The position numbers and the translations under genes are program-made. This document shows positions 21,902 through 33,519 of a DNA stretch of 52,979 bases, piece after piece; position 1 is the first letter of the stretch, and every line of letters starts with the position of its first letter. This DNA is from an uncultured Burkholderiales Genera incertae sedis bacterium (GTDB lineage Bacteria > Pseudomonadota > Gammaproteobacteria > Burkholderiales > Eutrophovitaceae). Under the pieces are notes generated by a model. That model did not search any database. It saw nothing but the letters and a program-made list of their open reading frames with translations, and had not been told where the DNA came from. The stretch is taken from positions 1 through 52,979 of the forward strand of contig CAJQIK010000091.1 in NCBI GenBank assembly GCA_905478365.1, given 5' to 3'.

Positions 21902-22537
21902 CTATATTTTAATTTCTGGTACAAGCTCGACGACGTGACGCTCGGCGTTTAGCTCAGGCACATTAAGCTTTTTTACTTGCCTCACTTTCCCTGCGGGTAT
22001 TTCCGCTAGCTCTGCAGCCGGGTATTTACCTTTCATGGCAAACAACGCTCCACCCGAATCACAAAATTGCGATGCACTTCGCAGAAAAATTTTTAACTCA
22101 CTAAACGCCCGGGAAACAATAACATCGAATTGTTTTAACCGGCCATAGCTTTCGATTCTTGAAGTCTCAATAACAACATTTTTAAGTCCAAGCTCAATAA
22201 CGACTTGCTTTAAAAAAGTCGTTTTTTTTTCACTTCGATCCAAGAGAACTACATCTCTTTCTGGCTGTGCGATAGCGATTGGCAGGCCTGGAAAACCGCC
22301 TCCTGTGCCTATGTCAAGCAAAAATCCTGATGGCAGTGTGCTTATTATAGAACACGAATCGTATAAGTGAGTGCTTACCCACATACTTTTTGGGGTGACA
22401 GATGTGATGTTGTAAACTTGATTCCACTTATCCAACAAAACCAAATATTGCCGAAACATTCCAAGCTGTTTGCTTGTTACCACAACACCCATCTCTTGCA
22501 AAATGGACCCTGATAGCTCGCTAAAATCTTGCGGCAT
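21902..22537 (-). CDS. rsmG: 16S rRNA m7G527 methyltransferase RsmG (GidB)
   Basis: WNQVYNIT, DIGTGGGFPG, SRAF, MKG, ERH. Confidence 0.95.
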   Translation of the reverse strand: MPQDFSELSGSILQEMGVVVTSKQLGMFRQYLVLLDKWNQVYNITSVTPKSMWVSTHLYDSCSIISTLPSGFLLDIGTGGGFPGLPIAIAQPERDVVLLDRSEKKTTFLKQVVIELGLKNVVIETSRIESYGRLKQFDVIVSRAFSELKIFLRSASQFCDSGGALFAMKGKYPAAELAEIPAGKVRQVKKLNVPELNAERHVVELVPEIKI

Positions 22538-24450
22538 TACACGGTCACTCTGGCTTGATCGCCACGCACATTAAATGATTGATTTAACCTTTTGATGTAG
22601 ACCGACAAAATCCCAACCGCAGCGGGTGTAATGCCTGATATTCGGCTCGCGTGCCCCAAAGTGGTCGGACGCGTGAAGGTCAATTTTTGTTTCGCCTCAG
22701 CGGATAACCCTGGGATAACTGTGTAGTCTATGGTCTCGGGGATACTAACTCCCTCGAGACTAACCATCTTCGTTACCTCCTCTTTCTGACGATTGATGTA
22801 GCCTTGATATTTGGATTGAATTTCTACTTGCTCCGCCGCCGACTTATCCTCAACTCCCGGCCCCACACCCGACAAAGTCATTAAAGCCTCATAATTTACT
22901 TCTGGCCGCCTCAAGAGCTGTATCGCCGAGTACTCATGGTCCAAAACTTTACCGACCACCTGTTTTATCTTCGCTTGGTCGTCACAGCTTGGGCTTATAA
23001 ACAAGTTATTAAGGCGCGCTGTTTCATTCTCGATAACGACTCGTTTCCGCTCAAACCTCTCCCATCGATAGTCGTTAATAAGGCCTAATTTGCGACCAAT
23101 GGGGGTCAGCCGAAGGTCTGCATTGTCCTCCCTGAGGCTTAGCCGATATTCCGCCCGACTAGTAAACATGCGATATGGCTCTGTTACCCCACGAGTTATT
23201 AAATCATCAACCAGAACTCCCAAATATGCCTCATCTCTCCGGGGATACCAGCCATCTTTACCCAACGCTTTACGCGACGCGTTCAATCCGGCTAACAGCC
23301 CTTGCGCGGCAGCCTCCTCATATCCTGTTGTGCCGTTAATCTGTCCAGCAAAAAACAACTTTTCCAATCCCTTTGTCTCTAGTGTCGGTTTAAGTGCACG
23401 TGGGTCAAAATAATCATATTCGATCGCATATCCAGGCCTAAGAATATAGGCGTCTTCAAGACCCTTAATAGACCTCACGATCTGTGTCTGTACGTCGAAC
23501 GGGAGACTAGTAGAAATACCGTTCGGATAGTACTCATTGGTAAGTAGGCCCTCGGGCTCAAGGAAAATTTGATGGTGGTCCCGATCAGAAAACCGGACTA
23601 CCTTGTCTTCGATGGATGGGCAGTAGCGGGGACCGACTCCTGCGATTAGTCCTGTATATAACGGCGATCGATCCAACCCCGCACGAATGAATTCATGTGT
23701 TTTTTCGTTGGTATGTGTAATCCAACAAGGAACCTGTCGCGGATGTTGAGTGCGCGAGCCTACAAAAGAGAAAACGGGCCTCTCAATATCTCCGTCTTGT
23801 CTCTCCAAAGCAGAAAAATCAATGGTACGGCCATCGATTCGCGGGGGCGTACCGGTCTTAAGTCGCCCCACCGGTAGTTTTAACTCGCGCAGCCGGGCTG
23901 CCAGGGCATTCGACGGCGCATCACCAGCCCTGCCAGCCTCGTGATTTTCAAGTCCTACATGAATTTTCCCGGCTAAAAACGTTCCTGCCGTTAATACTAT
24001 CGCCTTAGCGCTAATTGTCAGCCCTATATCTGTTGTAACCCCCGTAACCGAATCTCCGGATACAACGATATCTGTAGCCGCACCCTGAAATATGTCTAAC
24101 CGATCTTGAGCCTCAAGCTTCGCCCTTATTGCCTGCCGATACAACGATCGATCTGCCTGCGCGCGCGTGGCCCGAACGGCAGGCCCCTTACTTGAATTAA
24201 GGCGACGAAAATGTATTCCAGCCTCATCGGCCGCAGCCGCCATCGCCCCACCCAGCGCATCAATCTCCTTCACCAAATGGCCTTTGCCAATACCCCCAAT
24301 TGACGGATTACATGACATTTGTCCAAGCGTTTCAATGCTGTGCGTAAGCAATAACGTTTGAGACCCGGAGCGCGCCGAAGCTAATGCGGCCTCAGTACCC
24401 GCGTGCCCCCCACCAATAACCACTACATCGTATTTTTTTGAGAAAAACAT
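22537..24450 (-). CDS. mnmG: tRNA uridine 5-carboxymethylaminomethyl modification enzyme MnmG (GidA)
   Basis: [45 protein letters not shown]. Confidence 0.99.
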   Translation of the reverse strand: MFFSKKYDVVVIGGGHAGTEAALASARSGSQTLLLTHSIETLGQMSCNPSIGGIGKGHLVKEIDALGGAMAAAADEAGIHFRRLNSSKGPAVRATRAQADRSLYRQAIRAKLEAQDRLDIFQGAATDIVVSGDSVTGVTTDIGLTISAKAIVLTAGTFLAGKIHVGLENHEAGRAGDAPSNALAARLRELKLPVGRLKTGTPPRIDGRTIDFSALERQDGDIERPVFSFVGSRTQHPRQVPCWITHTNEKTHEFIRAGLDRSPLYTGLIAGVGPRYCPSIEDKVVRFSDRDHHQIFLEPEGLLTNEYYPNGISTSLPFDVQTQIVRSIKGLEDAYILRPGYAIEYDYFDPRALKPTLETKGLEKLFFAGQINGTTGYEEAAAQGLLAGLNASRKALGKDGWYPRRDEAYLGVLVDDLITRGVTEPYRMFTSRAEYRLSLREDNADLRLTPIGRKLGLINDYRWERFERKRVVIENETARLNNLFISPSCDDQAKIKQVVGKVLDHEYSAIQLLRRPEVNYEALMTLSGVGPGVEDKSAAEQVEIQSKYQGYINRQKEEVTKMVSLEGVSIPETIDYTVIPGLSAEAKQKLTFTRPTTLGHASRISGITPAAVGILSVYIKRLNQSFNVRGDQARVTV

Positions 24451-24511
24451 AACTTTGTTTAATCAATTAATAATTATATTTGTACATAAAAGACTACTTA
24501 AGCGCCGACTA

Positions 24512-24527
24512 TGTTTCACGTGAAACA
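24512..24527. other. parS centromere-like site
   Basis: Perfect universal consensus TGTTTCACGTGAAACA (palindrome extends 24510-24529), intergenic between mnmE and mnmG near parAB. Confidence 0.95.
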
Positions 24528-24539
24528 TATTAGAATTTA

Positions 24540-25871
24540 TCATTTCCCAACACAAAAACTGGAAAATATTTGTCCCAGTAGGTCGTCTGCCACAAACTCT
24601 CCTGTAATTTCAGATATTGCATCTTGGGCCGCCCTTAGTTCCTCTGCACAAAATTCAATTATTGCAATATTTGCCAGAGCCGCGCTTAAATGTCGAACAG
24701 CCCGATCTAACGCATTGAGGTGTCGTTCCCGTGCCATAAACGGGACTTCTTCACTTAATCTGGCCCCCACCTTCTCCAGAAGGTTTTTCTTCAATATTTC
24801 TAAGCCAGCTCCAGTTTTCGCTGATAAATAAATGACCGGTACTCCGCTTTGATCATCAAGCCCTTCCTCCCGGCCCATCAAGTCAATTTTATTCAATACT
24901 ATGACGCTTTTAGCCTCTTCAAAATCTGATATCAAACTTTGTCGGTCAGCATCATTGCCGGCCTCTTGCATGTAAACTATAACATCCGCATCTTTTAGAT
25001 GATCTAGCGTCCGTTGTATGCCGATACTCTCGATAGGGTCGTCTGACTTTCTGAGACCGGCCGTATCAACGACGGTCATGGGGATACCACCAACTATAAT
25101 TTGGCGCTGTATGGAATCTCTTGTTGTGCCGGCGTATTCCGTAACAATCGATGTTTCTTCTTCAGACAAAAGATTCATTAAGGTTGATTTACCTACATTG
25201 GGTTCGCCGGCCAAGACAACTTTAGCGCCCTCTCTTAGAAGATTGCCCTGAGTGGCTGAGTCTCTTAACTCGCCAAGACTTTGGAGTATTGACGAAAGTC
25301 GGTCTTTGACCGATTCATCTTTTAAAAAGTCGATCTCCTCCTCAGCGAAATCTATCGCCGCTTCTACGAAAACGCGTGTCTCGATTAATTCGCGCCTTAT
25401 ATCCTCTGTTCGGTCAGAAAATTCACCACTCAAAGAGCGATGCGCGCTTAAAACTGCGGCCTCAGAAGAGGCGCCAATCAAGTCGGCCACGCTTTCCGCC
25501 TGAGCTAAATCTAGCTTATTGTTAAGATATGCTCTCTGTGTAAACTCTCCGGGCTGGGCAAGTCGCGCGCCTGCTTCAATACAAGCCCGCAAAATCAAAC
25601 GAAGCACGCCTGGACCACCATGGCCTTGTAACTCCAGCACATCCTCACCCGTATACGAATCGGGTCCTTCAAAATATAGCGTTAAACCAGAGTCTAGCGA
25701 GTCTCCGGCTGCGTTTGTAAACGTTCGCATTCCTGCCATTCTTTTTGGCGCCAATTCACCGATGATGCGCCCAGCGATTTCTTTTGTTTTTTTACCTGAA
25801 ACCCTAACGACCCCTATCCCACCTGTACCAGGCGCTGTCGCTATAGCCGCTATCGTGTCATTGTTTAGCAT
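24540..25871 (-). CDS. mnmE: tRNA modification GTPase MnmE (TrmE)
   Basis: [36 protein letters not shown]-terminal FCVGK. Confidence 0.98.
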   Translation of the reverse strand: MLNNDTIAAIATAPGTGGIGVVRVSGKKTKEIAGRIIGELAPKRMAGMRTFTNAAGDSLDSGLTLYFEGPDSYTGEDVLELQGHGGPGVLRLILRACIEAGARLAQPGEFTQRAYLNNKLDLAQAESVADLIGASSEAAVLSAHRSLSGEFSDRTEDIRRELIETRVFVEAAIDFAEEEIDFLKDESVKDRLSSILQSLGELRDSATQGNLLREGAKVVLAGEPNVGKSTLMNLLSEEETSIVTEYAGTTRDSIQRQIIVGGIPMTVVDTAGLRKSDDPIESIGIQRTLDHLKDADVIVYMQEAGNDADRQSLISDFEEAKSVIVLNKIDLMGREEGLDDQSGVPVIYLSAKTGAGLEILKKNLLEKVGARLSEEVPFMARERHLNALDRAVRHLSAALANIAIIEFCAEELRAAQDAISEITGEFVADDLLGQIFSSFCVGK

Positions 25872-27504
25872 TATTGGGCTTTTTGCCCTCGATAGCCCGC
25901 GTAATTGTCCATTGTTGTGCGATAGACAACACGTTGTTTACAAGCCAATACAAAACCAAACCGGAGGCAAAGAAAAAGAAAAACACGCTAAAAACTACCG
26001 GCATAATTTTCATTACTTTGGCCTGTATTGGGTCTGGCGGTGTCGGGCTAAGCCAAGATTGAGCCACCATACTTAAGGCCATAAGAATCGGTAGAACGTA
26101 AAAAGGATCTTTAGCGGAAAGATCAGTTATCCAAAAAATAAACGGCGCATCCCGTAATTCTACGCTGGCAAGTAAAACCCAGTAAAGAGCAATAAAGAAG
26201 GGGATTTGAATCAATATAGGTAAGCACCCCCCCAGAGGGTTAATTTTTTCTTTTTTGTATAAATCCATCATGGCTTGTTGAAACTTCTGCTTATCATCAC
26301 CATAAGTTTCTTTTAAAGTTTTCAAACGAGGCGCCATAACTCGCATTTTCGCCATAGATTTATATCCGGCCGCTGATAGAGGAAAAAACACCAACTTTAT
26401 AATTACAGTAAGAAACACTATTGCCCATCCCCAATTGCCCACCAAACCCTGAAGCGCCGAGAGCAACCAGAATAAAGGTGAGGCGATGATAGTCAGCCAA
26501 CCATAGTCCACAACCAAATCTAACCCGGGCGCTAACTTCTTAAGGACATTTTGTTCTTGCGGTCCTGCATATAAACGAGCTCCCAAAGTGCCTTGGCTGT
26601 TCTCGGATATCTCTGTCACGCCCTCAACAAATCCCATGGCATATAAATTATTGCCAAGCGACTTCATAAAATTTTCTCGGCTTTTGCCTTCCTCAGGAAG
26701 CCATGCTGCGACGAAATAATGTTGTACGAAACCGACCCATCCGTCGCTTACGACTTTAGGATAATTGGACTTAGCCCGATCCATATCTTTGAAGTCAACC
26801 TTATTAAATTTCGCCTCTTCAGAATAAACGGCGCCCCCTGTATAAGTCGGCTGTAACTTGGTATCTCCTTCGGCTCCGCCGCCGTCTCTTAGTAATTGAA
26901 AATAAGCATTTGGCGAAATTGGCGCACTAGTTTTGTTTGTTATTTTATAGTCTACGTCTATAGCGTATGACCCCCTATAGAACGTATATGTTTTTTCTAC
27001 AAAAGCGCTCTCAGAATCAGAAAAAAGAGTTATGTTTAACGATTCTTCTCCCGATAATAGTGAGTACTCGCTATCGTCAGTATTAAATATACTATTATGA
27101 TTTGGTAGTCCCTCTCCAATTAACCCGGACTCGGCCACATACGTACGCCCCCCCTTAATTTCCAAAAGTCTCAGCGCCTCGGTCTTACTGTCTTTGCTGT
27201 GATGTTGGGTCAGTATCAACTCTTTGATGCCGCCGCCCAAGCGATCAATCTTGGCTGAAAATACGTCTGTGGTTACCTGGATATAATCCCCCGTCGCTCG
27301 GGCCAAATTGTTGATTGGCTCCACAACATCTTTTCTATTTGCGGCGTCGTTTATCGTTGCTTTAGGGATCGTCGCGATGCCCTCTTGCGACTCTGTCGAT
27401 AGTGATTCATTTACTAGTTGTTGATCCTTCTTTAGCCAGGCATCGCCCAATAAAATAATAGACCCCACAAAGATTACTGTAGCAATGATGCGTGCGCTAT
27501 CCAT
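25858..27504 (-). CDS. yidC: Membrane protein insertase YidC
   Basis: [47 protein letters not shown]. Confidence 0.98.
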   Translation of the reverse strand: MDSARIIATVIFVGSIILLGDAWLKKDQQLVNESLSTESQEGIATIPKATINDAANRKDVVEPINNLARATGDYIQVTTDVFSAKIDRLGGGIKELILTQHHSKDSKTEALRLLEIKGGRTYVAESGLIGEGLPNHNSIFNTDDSEYSLLSGEESLNITLFSDSESAFVEKTYTFYRGSYAIDVDYKITNKTSAPISPNAYFQLLRDGGGAEGDTKLQPTYTGGAVYSEEAKFNKVDFKDMDRAKSNYPKVVSDGWVGFVQHYFVAAWLPEEGKSRENFMKSLGNNLYAMGFVEGVTEISENSQGTLGARLYAGPQEQNVLKKLAPGLDLVVDYGWLTIIASPLFWLLSALQGLVGNWGWAIVFLTVIIKLVFFPLSAAGYKSMAKMRVMAPRLKTLKETYGDDKQKFQQAMMDLYKKEKINPLGGCLPILIQIPFFIALYWVLLASVELRDAPFIFWITDLSAKDPFYVLPILMALSMVAQSWLSPTPPDPIQAKVMKIMPVVFSVFFFFFASGLVLYWLVNNVLSIAQQWTITRAIEGKKPNNAKQ

Positions 27505-27742
27505 TATGAACTTCCCTTTTTCCTTGAGGTATTTGTGGGGAGGGGTCGACCCCTCCTGGATGGAACGGATGACATTTACTAAGCCTTTTTAGGCCCAGCC
27601 ACAGCCCTCGAAATGCCCCGTGATTTGTAATGCTCTCCTTCGTGTACTCGGAACATGTGGGGTAAAACCGACATCTAGAGCCGAGCAGAGGCGACACCAC
27701 TTGCTGATAATAATGAATTAACCGTAGAAGAATATGCTTCAT
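27497..27742 (-). CDS. yidD: Membrane protein insertion efficiency factor YidD
   Basis: [22 protein letters not shown]. Start set at ATG 27742 (ATGA overlap with the rnpA stop). Confidence 0.93.
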   Translation of the reverse strand: MKHILLRLIHYYQQVVSPLLGSRCRFYPTCSEYTKESITNHGAFRGLWLGLKRLSKCHPFHPGGVDPSPQIPQGKREVHNG

Positions 27743-28077
27743 TTTTTTCGCTGCGACCAAAGCTGCGTTAGCTCTAATTTAATCGCCACTAAATCAGCTT
27801 TCATAATTTTTTTTGTAGCTCTTATAACAAGATCTTCCGACCGCGCTAAGCAGTCGCTCGTTCTAAAGAGCTCTTTTACCTGACGTCGGACTCGATTTCT
27901 GACAACGGCCAGAGGAATGTGTTTTTTTGATAAAGAAACGCCAATTCGACCAATGGACGCACTATTCTCTCTGGAAAGCAAAATAAAATGTCCGCTTCTG
28001 ATCTTCGCAGCGAACCGCCCCGTGTAATTTGCAGCGCCGCATAAACGAGACTCCCGAGGTAGTTTGCTCGAAATCAC
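27739..28077 (-). CDS. rnpA: Ribonuclease P protein component
   Basis: RIGVSLSKK...[12 protein letters not shown] motif; synteny between rpmH and yidD. Confidence 0.92.
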   Translation of the reverse strand: MISSKLPRESRLCGAANYTGRFAAKIRSGHFILLSRENSASIGRIGVSLSKKHIPLAVVRNRVRRQVKELFRTSDCLARSEDLVIRATKKIMKADLVAIKLELTQLWSQRKK

Positions 28078-28208
28078 ACGCTTAAGCGCGCCCTCCCTTT
28101 GGCCCGACGCGCATTAATAACTGACCGACCGCCGCGGGTTTTCATTCTCACTAGAAACCCATGCGTTCTTTGTCGCCGAGTTTTGGACGGCTGATATGTT
28201 CGTTTCAT
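28074..28208 (-). CDS. rpmH: 50S ribosomal protein L34
   Basis: Below the ORF-track cutoff. Manual translation: [44 protein letters not shown]. Confidence 0.98.
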   Translation of the reverse strand: MKRTYQPSKTRRQRTHGFLVRMKTRGGRSVINARRAKGRARLSV

Positions 28209-28247
28209 CCAAGTTCTCCATGTAACTTATGATCAAAAAAGCCTGCC

Positions 28248-28276
28248 ATTACAACGGTTTTTATACTCTTTGTCAA
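28248..28276 (-). promoter_or_regulatory. Putative sigma70 promoter of the rpmH operon
   Basis: Minus strand TTGACA-N17-TGTAAT. Confidence 0.55.
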
Positions 28277-28298
28277 ATTATCCTATTTCATCATAGGC

Positions 28299-28329
28299 TG
28301 TGGATAACTTATAAAAGATCAGATACAAT
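28299..28329 (+). promoter_or_regulatory. Putative dnaA promoter with a perfect DnaA box over the -35 element
   Basis: TGTGGATAA (28299-28307, reverse complement of TTATCCACA) overlapping TGGATA-N17-TACAAT. Confidence 0.65.
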
Positions 28330-28373
28330 CTTACTTAAATAACAGATGTGCAAATCCATAACTGAGTCCAACG

Positions 28374-28402
28374 ACCCTATCTCGCATCAGATAGGGTTTT
28401 TT
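28374..28402 (+). terminator. Terminator-like hairpin in the dnaA 5' leader
   Basis: ACCCTATCT-CGCATC-AGATAGGGT, a perfect 9-bp stem ending in a 6-T run. Confidence 0.55.
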
Positions 28403-28424
28403 ATCTAAAAATCCGTAAATTTTA

Positions 28425-29780
28425 ATGAATTCTTTCTGGGATAGCTGCCTTGAGTATTTTAAAACTGTGCTTTCATCACAACAGTATAAAACTTGGGTGC
28501 ACCCTTTAGACGGGGCCATAATAAACGGAGAAATTGTCATAGTAGCTCCCAACAGGTTCTTGCTTGTATGGGCGAGAGACAACTACTCCAAAGATCTAAA
28601 ACGCCTCGCAAAAGACTCGAGTGGATCTCAGTTACCAATACGATTTACTTTAAAAACCCCTCCGCCCGCCGACCAAAACGTCAGTGAACCCGAAGCAACC
28701 GAACTACCAACGAATACTTCAGAGCCTGTTGATTCAAAAGTAGCTAAGAAGAATAATCGCTTACCTCAACTCAACCCTGCCTTCACGTTTGATAGTTTCG
28801 TCACCGGTCGTGGCAATCAATTGGCCAGGGCAGCCGCTCTACAAGTTTGCGACAACCCGGCTAAAGCCTACAACCCCTTATTTATATATGGTGGCGTCGG
28901 TTTAGGAAAGACGCACTTGGTTCAAGCTATTGGTAATGTAACGGCGGAAAAAACTCCAGGTGCGAAAATACTTTATATACATGCGGAAAAATATGTTTCC
29001 GATGTCGTAAGCGCATACCAACACAAGTCATTCGAACAATTTAAACGCTTTTACCATTCCCTGGATCTCCTATTAATTGACGACATTCAGTTTTTTGCCA
29101 AAAAAGCCCGAACCCAAGAAGAGTTTTTCTATTTATTTAATGCTCTTATGCAATCTAAAAAACAAGTAGTAATGACTTGTGACACATTTCCAAAAGAAAT
29201 ATCAGGAATGGAAGACCGTCTTGTATCTAGATTTGGTTCTGGTCTGACGGTTGCTATAGAGCCACCCGAACTCGAACTTCGAGTAGCTATATTGCTAAAA
29301 AAAGCGGAAGAGGATGATTTAAACCTGTCCGAAGAGGTGGCGTTTTTTGTCGCAACCCACATCCAATCTAATGTTCGAGAATTAGAGGGGGCTTTAAAAA
29401 GAATAACGGCCTACGCAAACTTCACTAAAGAACCAGTTTCTGTCTCTCTCGCCAAAGAGGCTCTAAAAGATCTACTCGCTAGCAACTCCAAATTAATTAC
29501 TATTGATTCGGTTCAAAAATGCGTTGCTGATTATTACAAACTTAAAGTATCGGATATGTTCTCAAAGAAGAGAACACGATCTGTTGCTAGACCCAGACAA
29601 ATGGCTATGGCCTTATCTAAAGAGTTAACCAGTTACAGCCTGCCGGATATAGGTGATGCTTACGGCGGTCGAGATCATACGACCGTACTTCATGCTTGTC
29701 GAAAAATTGCTGAATTACGAACAACAGATACAAATACCGCGAGAGATTTCAACGCGCTTATACAAATTCTGAGAGGCTAG
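28425..29780 (+). CDS. dnaA: Chromosomal replication initiator DnaA
   Basis: YNPLFIYGGVGLGKTHL, LLIDDIQF, NVRELEGAL, RDHTTVLHA. Confidence 0.99.
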   Translation: MNSFWDSCLEYFKTVLSSQQYKTWVHPLDGAIINGEIVIVAPNRFLLVWARDNYSKDLKRLAKDSSGSQLPIRFTLKTPPPADQNVSEPEATELPTNTSEPVDSKVAKKNNRLPQLNPAFTFDSFVTGRGNQLARAAALQVCDNPAKAYNPLFIYGGVGLGKTHLVQAIGNVTAEKTPGAKILYIHAEKYVSDVVSAYQHKSFEQFKRFYHSLDLLLIDDIQFFAKKARTQEEFFYLFNALMQSKKQVVMTCDTFPKEISGMEDRLVSRFGSGLTVAIEPPELELRVAILLKKAEEDDLNLSEEVAFFVATHIQSNVRELEGALKRITAYANFTKEPVSVSLAKEALKDLLASNSKLITIDSVQKCVADYYKLKVSDMFSKKRTRSVARPRQMAMALSKELTSYSLPDIGDAYGGRDHTTVLHACRKIAELRTTDTNTARDFNALIQILRG

Positions 29781-29989
29781 TATTTTATTTATAACTCTGT
29801 GGATAACTCGTTTAATTTATCTTAATAACACCAATATATTGCATAAACAGAATATTTATACACAAAAACTCCCTATACTAAACATAGATTAAACAGGTAA
29901 AACAACAGCCGTAAAAGATCGTAACTTCATACACTTAAATTACTTGTACACATTGAGAGCGCTAACTATCACTATTACTAAGGTTTAAT
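29781..29989. other. Candidate oriC (dnaA-dnaN intergenic region)
   Basis: AT-rich. DnaA boxes TGTGGATAA (29798-29806), TTATACACA (29856-29864) and TTGTACACA (29944-29952, 1 mismatch), followed by a trinucleotide DnaA-trio-like run. Dominant gene strand switches around dnaA; parS is about 5 kb away. Confidence 0.7.
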
Positions 29990-33510
<3,521 letters not shown>

Positions 33511-33519
33511 GCATATTTA

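Noticed and set aside
24451-24509. AT-rich region upstream of mnmG as an E. coli-type oriC
   Set aside because: Very short, with only one degenerate DnaA-box-like 9-mer (TGTACATAA). The dnaA-dnaN spacer has much better evidence.
24511-24831. 106-aa + strand ORF starting MFHVKH
   Set aside because: MFHVKH is simply the translation of the parS palindrome, and the rest is antisense to mnmE.
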